Shown: positions 48,255-57,700 of the stretch, in pieces
How the letters are laid out: each line of letters begins with the position of its first letter
Numbering within the stretch: position 1 is the first letter of the stretch
From: a virus
Length of the DNA: 64,000 nt
Strand: one strand, 5' to 3'
IMG/VR virus record: IMGVR_UViG_3300046468_002660
Program-made: the position numbers and the translations under genes
Notes under the pieces: generated by a model
What the model was told of the DNA's origin: nothing
Seen by the model: the letters and a program-made list of their open reading frames with translations, nothing else
The model's database searches: none

Positions 48255-48668
48255 ATGGCACAAAGCAAAGCAAAAAAAACGAAGAAAAAAGCTCAAGAAA
48301 GCGTTTCAAGGACGAATAAAGAGATGATGTATACAGATGGTAAAGCTACAATAGCAAGCGAAGAAAAAAAACTAACTGATTTAGAGTCAATATTGAACCC
48401 TGGGATTTTAACAAATCATTTTCAAGCGAAAACAGGAGAAGAATTTGATAGTAAAATGGCTGATATGTCCATGCCTGAGCTGCAATCCTTGGCTGTAAAA
48501 GTCGGAGTATTTCCTTCTGGAAATAGAACAACTTTAAAAAATAAATTAAAGAAAGAATTCAATAATGTTGTGTTTACAGGAAAAGGAAAAGTCATGCAAT
48601 CAGAAAGACCAATGTTTGATTTTGACTCTTTAACTGCAGAGCAAAAAAAATTATTTAAAGAAATTTAA
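48255..48668 (+). CDS. Hypothetical virion-cluster protein
   Basis: GTGTAA motif upstream. Confidence 0.6.
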   Translation: MAQSKAKKTKKKAQESVSRTNKEMMYTDGKATIASEEKKLTDLESILNPGILTNHFQAKTGEEFDSKMADMSMPELQSLAVKVGVFPSGNRTTLKNKLKKEFNNVVFTGKGKVMQSERPMFDFDSLTAEQKKLFKEI

Positions 48669-48669
48669 C

Positions 48670-49209
48670 ATGGGGCAACTGGATGATATTGCTGGAGATA
48701 TATATGATACTGAATTTTTTGATGAAGTAGCGACTCCAGGAGAAATAGCTGCAGCAAAAGCTAGGATAGCTGCTTGGCTAGAAACCAATATTGGACAGTT
48801 AAATGTATTAATAAATTCTTCTTATAGAGTAGATGCAAGCAATGATACTTGCCCTGTTTTGCAGGATGAAGAAATTGCTATATTTATACAGTTATACCTT
48901 AAGTATTACTACAAAAGACAAAGTCAATCTATTCTTAAGAATTTAACATCAACCACAGTAATTTCTGGAACTCCAATTTATACAATGTCAGATTGGACAG
49001 AGTTGCGAGAAGGAGATTCTCAAATTAAAAGAGTCTCGCAAAACGCTTCTCCGCAACAAAAAGTTCAAATAGCTCAAGCTTATAAAGGATTCTCTTCTGA
49101 GGCTGATGTAAAATTAAGTGAATTAATTCATGCCTATAATATGTATAAATCTGTGCCAAGGCAAGTTGTATCAGATGGTATAATAAATACTCCTCCAACA
49201 CCTACTTAA
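48670..49209 (+). CDS. Putative head-tail adaptor
   Basis: Position and size. Confidence 0.45.
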   Translation: MGQLDDIAGDIYDTEFFDEVATPGEIAAAKARIAAWLETNIGQLNVLINSSYRVDASNDTCPVLQDEEIAIFIQLYLKYYYKRQSQSILKNLTSTTVISGTPIYTMSDWTELREGDSQIKRVSQNASPQQKVQIAQAYKGFSSEADVKLSELIHAYNMYKSVPRQVVSDGIINTPPTPT

Positions 49210-49210
49210 A

Positions 49211-49657
49211 ATGGCAGATTTAATTCCAGGGTCTGACAAAATAGCTTTTGATGCTATTTTTGACGATATTCACGATACTTTTGCGAGAGAAATTACAATT
49301 TTTAAAAAAGAGAAAAAAGTATTTGTAGCTACGAATCCCACTTATAACGCACTGTACTCTAGACTTAAAAACGCAAAAGGTTCAGAAAAAACAGTTGAAG
49401 CTATAACAGTGAAAGCACGAGTTGCATACGCTGGGAATTTTGAATTCTTGAGAGCCAATTCAGAAAACGAAATTATGGGAATAGATATCCCAGCAGATCA
49501 TGTAAGAATTAAAATTGATGCAGCTGGATACAATTTAATCAAGCAAGCTACTGATATAGAAATTGACGGAGAATTATTTAACATCACATCTGACGCTGCA
49601 AAATCTGGATTGTTTAAAGTTAATTACTACAATTTATTGCTAAAAAGAAGGAGTTAA
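49211..49657 (+). CDS. Putative head-closure protein
   Basis: Position; IEIDGELFNI beta pattern. Confidence 0.45.
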   Translation: MADLIPGSDKIAFDAIFDDIHDTFAREITIFKKEKKVFVATNPTYNALYSRLKNAKGSEKTVEAITVKARVAYAGNFEFLRANSENEIMGIDIPADHVRIKIDAAGYNLIKQATDIEIDGELFNITSDAAKSGLFKVNYYNLLLKRRS

Positions 49658-49658
49658 T

Positions 49659-50264
49659 ATGCCTGTAAGAATAAACATGAGAGCTTTAAAAGCGATAGAA
49701 AACTCTCAAGTTGCTCCAATTGTAAATAAGCAAGTTGAAATGAGTATAATAAAATCGGCAAAATTAGCTCATCAAAAAATGTTAAAAGCATTTGATAATC
49801 ACCCAGTAACAAAAGAAATTATGTCAGGGCCTGAAGGGTATAATCAAAGCGGTACATTAGGAGGATATGGTAATTTATTTTCTTTTATTGGTTTCGAAGA
49901 AGGTATGGATCCTATAGCTCCAATTAGATATATACTACAAAAAAGTTTAAATGTTAAAGCTACACCTTCAAACCATAAATCAATGATCATGAATTTTTTA
50001 GTAGAGCTACCCTCTAAAGAAAGTTTGTTTGAAGCCTCTCCAATGCCGTGGGCTAGTGGTAGAAGTTGGTTGGAGGGAATCGAGCGGGGAATATCTGGAC
50101 TTGGAAATTATCTTAACACAATGTCTTTTTCAAGTAGGTCTGGAGAAGGTGTGCAAACAAAAAATAAAATTCGAAGCGGTGGATTCAGGAATACTCAGTA
50201 TTTGAGTAGTTTATTAAACAATCTAGCAATAGATGTTAGAAAAGGAGTGTCGTTTAAAAAATGA
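49659..50264 (+). CDS. Putative neck/tail-completion protein
   Basis: Position. Confidence 0.4.
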   Translation: MPVRINMRALKAIENSQVAPIVNKQVEMSIIKSAKLAHQKMLKAFDNHPVTKEIMSGPEGYNQSGTLGGYGNLFSFIGFEEGMDPIAPIRYILQKSLNVKATPSNHKSMIMNFLVELPSKESLFEASPMPWASGRSWLEGIERGISGLGNYLNTMSFSSRSGEGVQTKNKIRSGGFRNTQYLSSLLNNLAIDVRKGVSFKK

Positions 50265-51136
50265 ATGTTGGGTTTGATCATGAGTTACTGTCTAGTTTTT
50301 ATTTATGGTGTGATGATAGGTTAACTTATTTTGCTGAAGCTTATCAGCCAATAGAAACTCATACTTTTGAATTTGTTGATTCAATTGATGTTCCAACAAA
50401 TTACCACGCGTATTACAGCCCATACAGACAATTCGTATGGTCATCTGATAAATTTTTAGTTGACGATCATGTTGAAATTGGAGGATCTCAAGTTGTTGAT
50501 AAAAATGGGATATATATAGATTATAACAATGGCAGAGTATTGGTTGATACAGCTACACATGGATCAAGTAAAACTTTAAATATTCAGGGGAACTTTGCAT
50601 ATAAAACAGTAAATTTATACATCACCGATGAGACTGAAGAAAATGTTATTTTAAATAGTGATTTTATTATTAGCCCTTTAAATCAAACTTATATGCAAAC
50701 AGCAGGAGGATTCAGTGATCAGATGTATACTGTTCCTGCTATATTTTTAACATTATCAAGTTCAACAAATGAGCCGTTTGCTTTCGGCGGAATGGATTGC
50801 ACAAAAGTAAATGTAAGATCTGTTGTGGTAGCTGATTCAAATTACACATTGGATGGTGTACTTTCTATTTTTAGAGACTCTGCACGAACAAGTTTTAAAT
50901 TAATATCTTTTGAGGATTTTCCGTTTGGAGAATTTCATCATATTAAGTCCCATCCATATAAATATAACTCATTATCTAACTCTTCTTCAGCTCATTGTTT
51001 TGTTGATGAAGTGAGGGTTTCAAAGCTTACGGATCGTTCAAGAGAAAGAATTACAGGGTCAAAAGATTATAAGATTGGTTTTATTGATTTCCAAATATCA
51101 AAACCAAGAACTCCAAGAGAAATTTTTTCTAGATAA
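50261..51136 (+). CDS. Putative tail terminator-like protein
   Basis: Position immediately before tail tube. Confidence 0.4.
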   Translation: MNVGFDHELLSSFYLWCDDRLTYFAEAYQPIETHTFEFVDSIDVPTNYHAYYSPYRQFVWSSDKFLVDDHVEIGGSQVVDKNGIYIDYNNGRVLVDTATHGSSKTLNIQGNFAYKTVNLYITDETEENVILNSDFIISPLNQTYMQTAGGFSDQMYTVPAIFLTLSSSTNEPFAFGGMDCTKVNVRSVVVADSNYTLDGVLSIFRDSARTSFKLISFEDFPFGEFHHIKSHPYKYNSLSNSSSAHCFVDEVRVSKLTDRSRERITGSKDYKIGFIDFQISKPRTPREIFSR

Positions 51137-51199
51137 AATTTCACATTTATCCTTTTTTTCTGTAATACTAGATACTAACAATTTTACACAAAAAATATT

Positions 51200-52444
51200 A
51201 TGGCAACAGATAGAATTATTTACCAAAGTGAATCTTTGTTTGTCAGCGACATTAAAAAAAGTGGTGGAAACATTACTGACGCTGATATTTCAGAGGTTAA
51301 TCGTGTTCAGGATATGAGTTATAACCTTGAGGTTTCTCGTACTGACATTAATGAGTTTGGTCAACTTGCAGCTCTTTCGAGAGAGGTAACTGAACCCCCC
51401 ACAGTGTCTTTAGATTTTTCTTACTTACTTACGGATGGCACTCAGGAAGAAAAATTGGGCTTTACTTTAAACAGTGCTGATTCATTACCTAAGAGTAGTG
51501 CAGACTCAATGACAAAAACTATCCTCGGAGGATCGACTGAAGAAAAAAATTATTACATATTAACCGTACCCGAAGGAGAAGATGTTCATGGCAATACTCC
51601 ACTCAACGCCGCTGATCATGGAGTGATTGGGGTCGGAAACGGATTTGTCACAAGTTATGGAATGACCGCTGCAGTAGGAGAACTAGCAACAGCCAGTGTT
51701 TCTGTAGAAGCATCTAATATCATGTTTAAAAATGATATTAGTGGTACTTTTAAAAACCCTTCAATTGACACCAGTTCTTCAACAGGAGATAGATTAAGTA
51801 ATACAGTTAATTTTGCTAGCGTAACCTCTAGTGATGGAAGTATCCAGAACACTACAACTGGTGATGAAATTTATGCTATTCGACCTGGTGATATTCTTAT
51901 TGATTTTGATGCAGTTGGATATTTAGACGGATCAAAAAGCGCAGGTGACTTAAATGTTGGCGGAGCAAGACTTCCTGGTGCTGGAGGTGCATTGGGGGCA
52001 GGTAATACAGCTGTTCACGTTCAAAGTGTATCTCTTGATATTCCTATCGGAAGAAGTCCGCTTAATAGATTGGGTAGTCATTTTGCATTTGCAAGAAAAA
52101 CCGATTTCCCTGTAAACATGACTTTGAGTGTAAGCGCTCTGATGACAGATTTTACAGACGGAAGTCTTGATGGATTGATGTGTGAGGCTGAACAGAAAAG
52201 AGACATAGCCATTGTTCTTAATGATAGATGCGGAAATGCAACCAATATGGTATTCGTTATGAAGAATGCTATACTTGACACACAAGCGTTTTCAGCTTCT
52301 ATTGGAGACAATAAAACTGTTGACTTGACTTTCTCTTCTCAAGTGGGTGGAGCGAATGATAGTGAAAATGGCATCTTCTTGCTTGCTGAGCCAACCAACA
52401 AGATTCCAGAATACGGAGAGACTCCAACTCCTGAATCTTTCTAA
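51200..52444 (+). CDS. Major tail (tube) protein
   Basis: RVQDMSYNLEVSRTDINEFGQ, PTVSLDFSY, beta-rich with an internal duplication; terminator after. Confidence 0.7.
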   Translation: MATDRIIYQSESLFVSDIKKSGGNITDADISEVNRVQDMSYNLEVSRTDINEFGQLAALSREVTEPPTVSLDFSYLLTDGTQEEKLGFTLNSADSLPKSSADSMTKTILGGSTEEKNYYILTVPEGEDVHGNTPLNAADHGVIGVGNGFVTSYGMTAAVGELATASVSVEASNIMFKNDISGTFKNPSIDTSSSTGDRLSNTVNFASVTSSDGSIQNTTTGDEIYAIRPGDILIDFDAVGYLDGSKSAGDLNVGGARLPGAGGALGAGNTAVHVQSVSLDIPIGRSPLNRLGSHFAFARKTDFPVNMTLSVSALMTDFTDGSLDGLMCEAEQKRDIAIVLNDRCGNATNMVFVMKNAILDTQAFSASIGDNKTVDLTFSSQVGGANDSENGIFLLAEPTNKIPEYGETPTPESF

Positions 52445-52463
52445 AGGAAAGAAAAGAGTTTTT

Positions 52464-52497
52464 AAAAAACCTCAGGTTTCACACCTGAGGTTTTTTT
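52464..52497 (+). terminator. Intrinsic terminator overlapping a late promoter
   Basis: AAAAAACCTCAGGT-loop-ACCTGAGGTTTTTT. Confidence 0.85.
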
Positions 52498-52532
52498 GTG
52501 TAAACACACAAAAGGTAAAAGGAAAGTTTATT

Positions 52533-52817
52533 ATGAAAAAAGAAAGAGAACTCTTAGAGTTTCAAGTTTTGCGTACAATCGTAAATTTATACAAAGGTTT
52601 TTTGTTAACAATAGAAGATCTCAATAAAGATCATAAGATGCAGTTTGATAAATTAAAACAGTCAATACCTGAACATGAGGATTTACTGCGACAAGCTGAA
52701 TATTTAGATGAAGCGCAATTAAACTATTTAAGAAAAAAAATTTTAGACAATGGCAATGACGCTAGAAGAGAGCTCATGTCTTATATGGAAAATTTTGATA
52801 TAAACTTTAAAAAATAA
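52533..52817 (+). CDS. Hypothetical protein
   Basis: AAGGA SD, ATG 52533. Confidence 0.6.
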   Translation: MKKERELLEFQVLRTIVNLYKGFLLTIEDLNKDHKMQFDKLKQSIPEHEDLLRQAEYLDEAQLNYLRKKILDNGNDARRELMSYMENFDINFKK

Positions 52818-52853
52818 ATTTAAATATTAATATAATAAGGTAAAAGGTAAAAT

Positions 52854-53708
52854 ATGATAACAGAAAAAAACACACTATATTCTTTCTCTATAAATATCGA
52901 AAAAGAAGTTGAAGAAGAAGTAGAGAAAAAAAGTAGAAAAAAGAACAAAGAAACAGGTAAAACTGAAGTTGTAACAACAACATCAATAAAAACTGTAAAA
53001 AAAGAAGTTCCATACAACGTATATATCAAGAAACCAAATAGAACAGAACTTGAAGATGGAGATATGTTTTATAGCTTGGAGCTAAATAAATACATCAAAA
53101 TGGGCTTGCTAACAAAAGCAATGCTTGCGAAGCAATACGGTAATCAAGGAGGAGTATGGTCTGAGAAAGAGCAAAAAATATATTCTGAATTACTGTATAA
53201 AATGCACAGCAAACAACTTGAAGTTCAACAGTTTTCTTTGCTTGGAGATAATGGAAAGTTATCAGTAAGGCAGAAAGATAAGTTAGAAACTGCAGTAAAG
53301 GAACTTGCTGAAATCAAGAAAGATCTTACAGAATATGAAATGATTCAAAACTCTCTGTTTGATCACACTGCAGATGTAAAAGCTAGGAATAGAGCTATCA
53401 TGTGGTATATTTTGCATATGACTTATTTCACAGAAGGTGATGAAGATGATCCTGTATTTGAAGATTTTTTTGAGGGGTTAGACTTTCAAGAAAAGTATAG
53501 CGACTATCAGGAAAAAGAAGATGATCAAGATCCTTTATATTCGGCAGCTATAGATAAGATTTCTTCAATTATGACGATATGGTATATTAGTGGCACTCAA
53601 GATAAAGAGGGTGTAGAAAGTATATTAAAAGAAATGAAGTCTATTGAGAAAGAAGAAGAAGAAGAAGAAGAAGAAGAATTAGAAGCTGAACCAGCTTCGA
53701 ATGAATGA
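52854..53708 (+). CDS. Putative tail assembly chaperone
   Basis: Between tube and tape measure; poly-Glu tail. Confidence 0.5.
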   Translation: MITEKNTLYSFSINIEKEVEEEVEKKSRKKNKETGKTEVVTTTSIKTVKKEVPYNVYIKKPNRTELEDGDMFYSLELNKYIKMGLLTKAMLAKQYGNQGGVWSEKEQKIYSELLYKMHSKQLEVQQFSLLGDNGKLSVRQKDKLETAVKELAEIKKDLTEYEMIQNSLFDHTADVKARNRAIMWYILHMTYFTEGDEDDPVFEDFFEGLDFQEKYSDYQEKEDDQDPLYSAAIDKISSIMTIWYISGTQDKEGVESILKEMKSIEKEEEEEEEEELEAEPASNE

Positions 53709-54690
53709 AGATAATAAGTTTTTTGAAAATTTATTTTTAGAAATTAAAGATGGATTTTCTGAATTTGATTTTCAAGATCAAGTTCTGTATATTAAACACT
53801 CTGATTTAAATCAGTTAAAAGTTATCAATGATAATTATGAATTCTTTTTGGGTAGAGCTAAAAAAATGGGAATCCCAACTGAAGAGCAGGTTTTGCAGGA
53901 TCTTGAAGAAGGTGATTTATGGACTAAGAAAGATGAAAGTTTATATCAAAGCTTAGAGATCGAAATTAGCAACATCAAAAAAACTTTATCAAACCTTTTT
54001 GTAGAAAAAGAAAAAAACAATCTTAAACAAAGGCTTGATGAAGCTGAAAAAGAATATTTAGAAAAAAAGAATATTAGAAGCGCGTTAATGCTAAATTCTG
54101 CCGAGCAGTATGCAGAGCGCAAGAGTAATGAAAAATTTGTTTTTCATTCTTTGTACAAAGATAAAGAATGTTCTAATTTATTCTATAATAATGATGAGTT
54201 TGATGAAATAGATAATAAAGAGTTAAGCGAGTTGTATGTGATATACAATGATTGTGTTGAAAAATTTTCAAATAAAAATTTAAAACAATTATCTATAAGT
54301 CAAATGTTTACAAGTTTATTAAATATATACTCCAAAGACTTATCTAACTTTTTTAAAAAACACCCATTAGATCTAACTTTCTATCAAATTAATTTATTGA
54401 ACTATGGAAAGCTATTCTTATCAATTTTTCAAAACCATGAAATTCCTGAATCAATATCTAAAGACCCTGATAAAATTTTAGAGCATATAGACAAAAGCAA
54501 AAAAATAAAAAAAGAAAATTTAAAAGAAAAAAGTTCAAAATCGGACGGATTCTCTTACGCAGGAGCCACACAAAAAGAATTGGAAAAAATGGGAGGAAGA
54601 AAAAAGAAAGGAGTTGATATTCATTCAATAGCAGATGAAAAAGGGGGCGAGCTATCAATGGATGATTTTATGAAAATCCATAAAAAATAG
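53701..54690 (+). CDS. Putative tail assembly chaperone
   Basis: Directly upstream of tape measure. Confidence 0.45.
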   Translation: MNEDNKFFENLFLEIKDGFSEFDFQDQVLYIKHSDLNQLKVINDNYEFFLGRAKKMGIPTEEQVLQDLEEGDLWTKKDESLYQSLEIEISNIKKTLSNLFVEKEKNNLKQRLDEAEKEYLEKKNIRSALMLNSAEQYAERKSNEKFVFHSLYKDKECSNLFYNNDEFDEIDNKELSELYVIYNDCVEKFSNKNLKQLSISQMFTSLLNIYSKDLSNFFKKHPLDLTFYQINLLNYGKLFLSIFQNHEIPESISKDPDKILEHIDKSKKIKKENLKEKSSKSDGFSYAGATQKELEKMGGRKKKGVDIHSIADEKGGELSMDDFMKIHKK

Positions 54691-54720
54691 TGTAATACTT
54701 AACAGGTTTAAGGATAATTC

Positions 54721-57700
54721 ATGAGTGTAGTAAATATACCAACTAGTGCGACTGGCTATCATCAAAGTATTGTTAGTCAAGCAACTACTGCCCAGAAAGC
54801 AGTAAATAGAATGCAGATGTCGCCAAGATTGAATCCTCAAGGAATTGTACAGCCATTAGGAAAAATTACAAATTCAGCGAGTGAATTCCAAAAATCAATG
54901 GATGCATCCGCAGCTCGTGTTTTTGCTTTCGGGGCTGCAGTTGGAGTGATTAATGGAATATCCGATGCGTTTAGAGGAATAATTCAAGCAACAGCTGAAG
55001 TCGAAAAGTCGTTAAAAGATATTCAAGTTGTTATGGAAGCAACGGATAGTGCTATGAAAAAATTTGGAGATGGATTGTTTGACGTAGCAAGAAACACAGC
55101 TACTAGTTTTCAATTAGTAGCAGAATCTGCAACAGAATTAGCTCGTCAAGGTTTGAGTTCAGAAGAAACTCTTGCTAGAGTAAATTCCGCTTTAGTACTG
55201 AATAGACTATCAGGATTAGGGGCCGTAAAATCTACAGAGACTTTAACAGCAGCTATAAACTCATTTAATAAAGAAGGGATTACTCATGAACAAATTGTGA
55301 ATCGAATGGCTAATGTCGATGCTGCTTTTGCTGTATCCTCCGCTGATTTAGCTGAAGCGATATCAAGAGCTGGAGCTGTTGCGCAAGAATCAGGGGTTCA
55401 GTTTAACGAACTAGCTGCGATTGTAACCGCTGTCCAGCAAAGAACCGCCAGGGGTGGTTCTGTCATAGGTAATGGATTTAAAAGTATATTTACGAGAATA
55501 AAAAGAAGTAGAGTTAGAGATGCTCTAGAAGAGATCGGAGTAAGCACCACAAATTTAGATGGTAGTTTTAGATCTTCAATTGATGTATTGAAAGATTACG
55601 CTGGAGTTTATGAAACTTTATCAGATTCTCAAAAGTCATACACTTCAGAACAAATTGCTGGAGTATTTCAAATACAGAATTTGCAAGCGTTAATATCTGA
55701 TTTGAATGATGAGTACTCTGTGTATAATAGAGCTTTAGGTGTCGCTAATAATACAACTAATGAAGCCACGAAAAGAAACGAAGAACTAAATAAAACTTTA
55801 TCAGCTGTTTTTACGCAAACTTCGTTAACCGCAAAAGAATTAGCGGCTTCAATTGGAGAAATAGGTTTTTCGGACAACTTTAAAGAAATTTTAACATTTT
55901 TAAATAATTTAGCGGGAAAGTTAAATGAAATGCTTTCGGAAAATAAAGGGAGTGAATTAGCTAAAGGCTTAGTTCGCGGAATAGGAGCTTTTCTGACGGG
56001 TCCTGGTTTAGTTATTCTTGGCGCGGCTTTTATTAAAATTTTTGCAATGGTAACTAAATTTGCAAAAGAAGCTTTTTCTGATTTGTTAGGGGTTAATAAA
56101 GAAACTAAAAGACAACAAAGTTTGCAAGTTGCTATTAGTCAAATATTATCAACAAACGCTGGCTTGTATCAAAAAATATTTGCAGCGGGAACCAGTACTG
56201 CGAAGCAAGAACAAATGATATTAAACATCATAAAGCAAGAAACCGCAGAAAGACTGAAGCAAGAAGCGGTGATCAAAAGAATAGCCGCTTCAAGTAGCTT
56301 GGTTGGTATCGGAGCATCTGATAAAGGTTTTGTGCCTATGGGGAAAAGAGGGGCTAAGAAAACAGGTAGAAAAACTTTAAATGCAGCGAACGGTTTTCTT
56401 CCATCGTTTAATCAAGAAAAACGAGATATTAATAAAGGGGTTGGCGGAGCAAAGACAAGCGATAAACCAGTTTTATTAAAAAATCATAAGATGGGAAGGG
56501 GGCGCACAGAAAATGTAATCGCTCACACTGGCGAGTGGGTGATTAATAATTTTGGTGGTAGTGGAGGAACTGCAATATTTAACAGGGATATGGCAAAGCA
56601 GTATGGATTACCTAAAGAAGCAAAAAAAATTACCGCATCTGGAGGGCTTATTCCAAATTTTAGCAAGAAAAGAAAAGATACACTTACTAGACCTTCTCTT
56701 GAATTAGGTTGGTCTCCAGGCGGAAGATCCCAAATATCGCAAAAAAGTGATCCTTTTGATAAATTCACAGCGACAGTTAGCAGGATAGAACAAGATAAAA
56801 CAGCAGATGAAACAAAAGGTATCGTAAAAAAAGAATCAGGAAGATTCTTGCAACCTTATTGGGTTAATAAGAACAATAATAAGCAAGTATCATCAGAGTG
56901 GAGTGGTTCAAATTGGGGAGGATCTAGCTACAAAGAGATAAGTAAGTTGCCCGAAGAAGAAAGGCAAAATTTTGTTAAAAAATATAAAATACATTCAGAA
57001 AATTTTAAACAATTCAAAGCTAAAGGTTATGGACAATTAATGAAAACGTTTCCATACAATAATTCAAAAAAATATATTAAAGATATTGTAGATAGCGGGG
57101 GTTATTCTGGAAAGTCTCAACCTCAAGAATTAAAACAAAAATTTGCGGCTTTAAACATGAATTTATCAGGAGCTGCTGGGGAAATTAGTGGAGCAAAATA
57201 TTTAAAAAAAATAGGGTATTCAGATATAAAATTTATTGCTGCTGGAAAATCTTTTGATTACACAGCGAGAAATAAGAAAGGGGATAAAGTTCTCTTCGAA
57301 AACAAAATGAAAGAAATGCAGAATATATCTGCATATCTTAAGAAAGGAGCCACAGAGTATTTAGGTACTATTGCTGCTCCAGGCATTAAAGATAATAAAC
57401 CTCAAAATATAAATTTAGATTTAGTCAAATCTTCTGGGAGTCTATTATTTCCATCAGGGATTAATGCTGTTACTGCAAAAGATTCAAAAGAAACAAATTC
57501 AAAAATTACTCATAAAAATTTAGTGAAAGATTCTAAATTGAGAGAGCGGCTAGATAAAGAATTAGAATTAATATGGAAAAACCCTGACATTAAAGATTCA
57601 GTTAAAAGCGAAGAAACTATAAGAAATTTTTTATTTCATAACGCAGAGTCAAAAATACCAAGATATTCATCAGGATTCGTTCCAAACTTCGGCCCTAGGT

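Noticed and set aside
53649-53678. (GAA)n microsatellite as a phase-variable site
   Set aside because: In-frame trinucleotide encoding a poly-Glu tail; slippage would not shift the frame
52854-54690. Programmed frameshift between tail chaperone genes
   Set aside because: No convincing slippery heptamer near the junction; the second ORF has its own ATG
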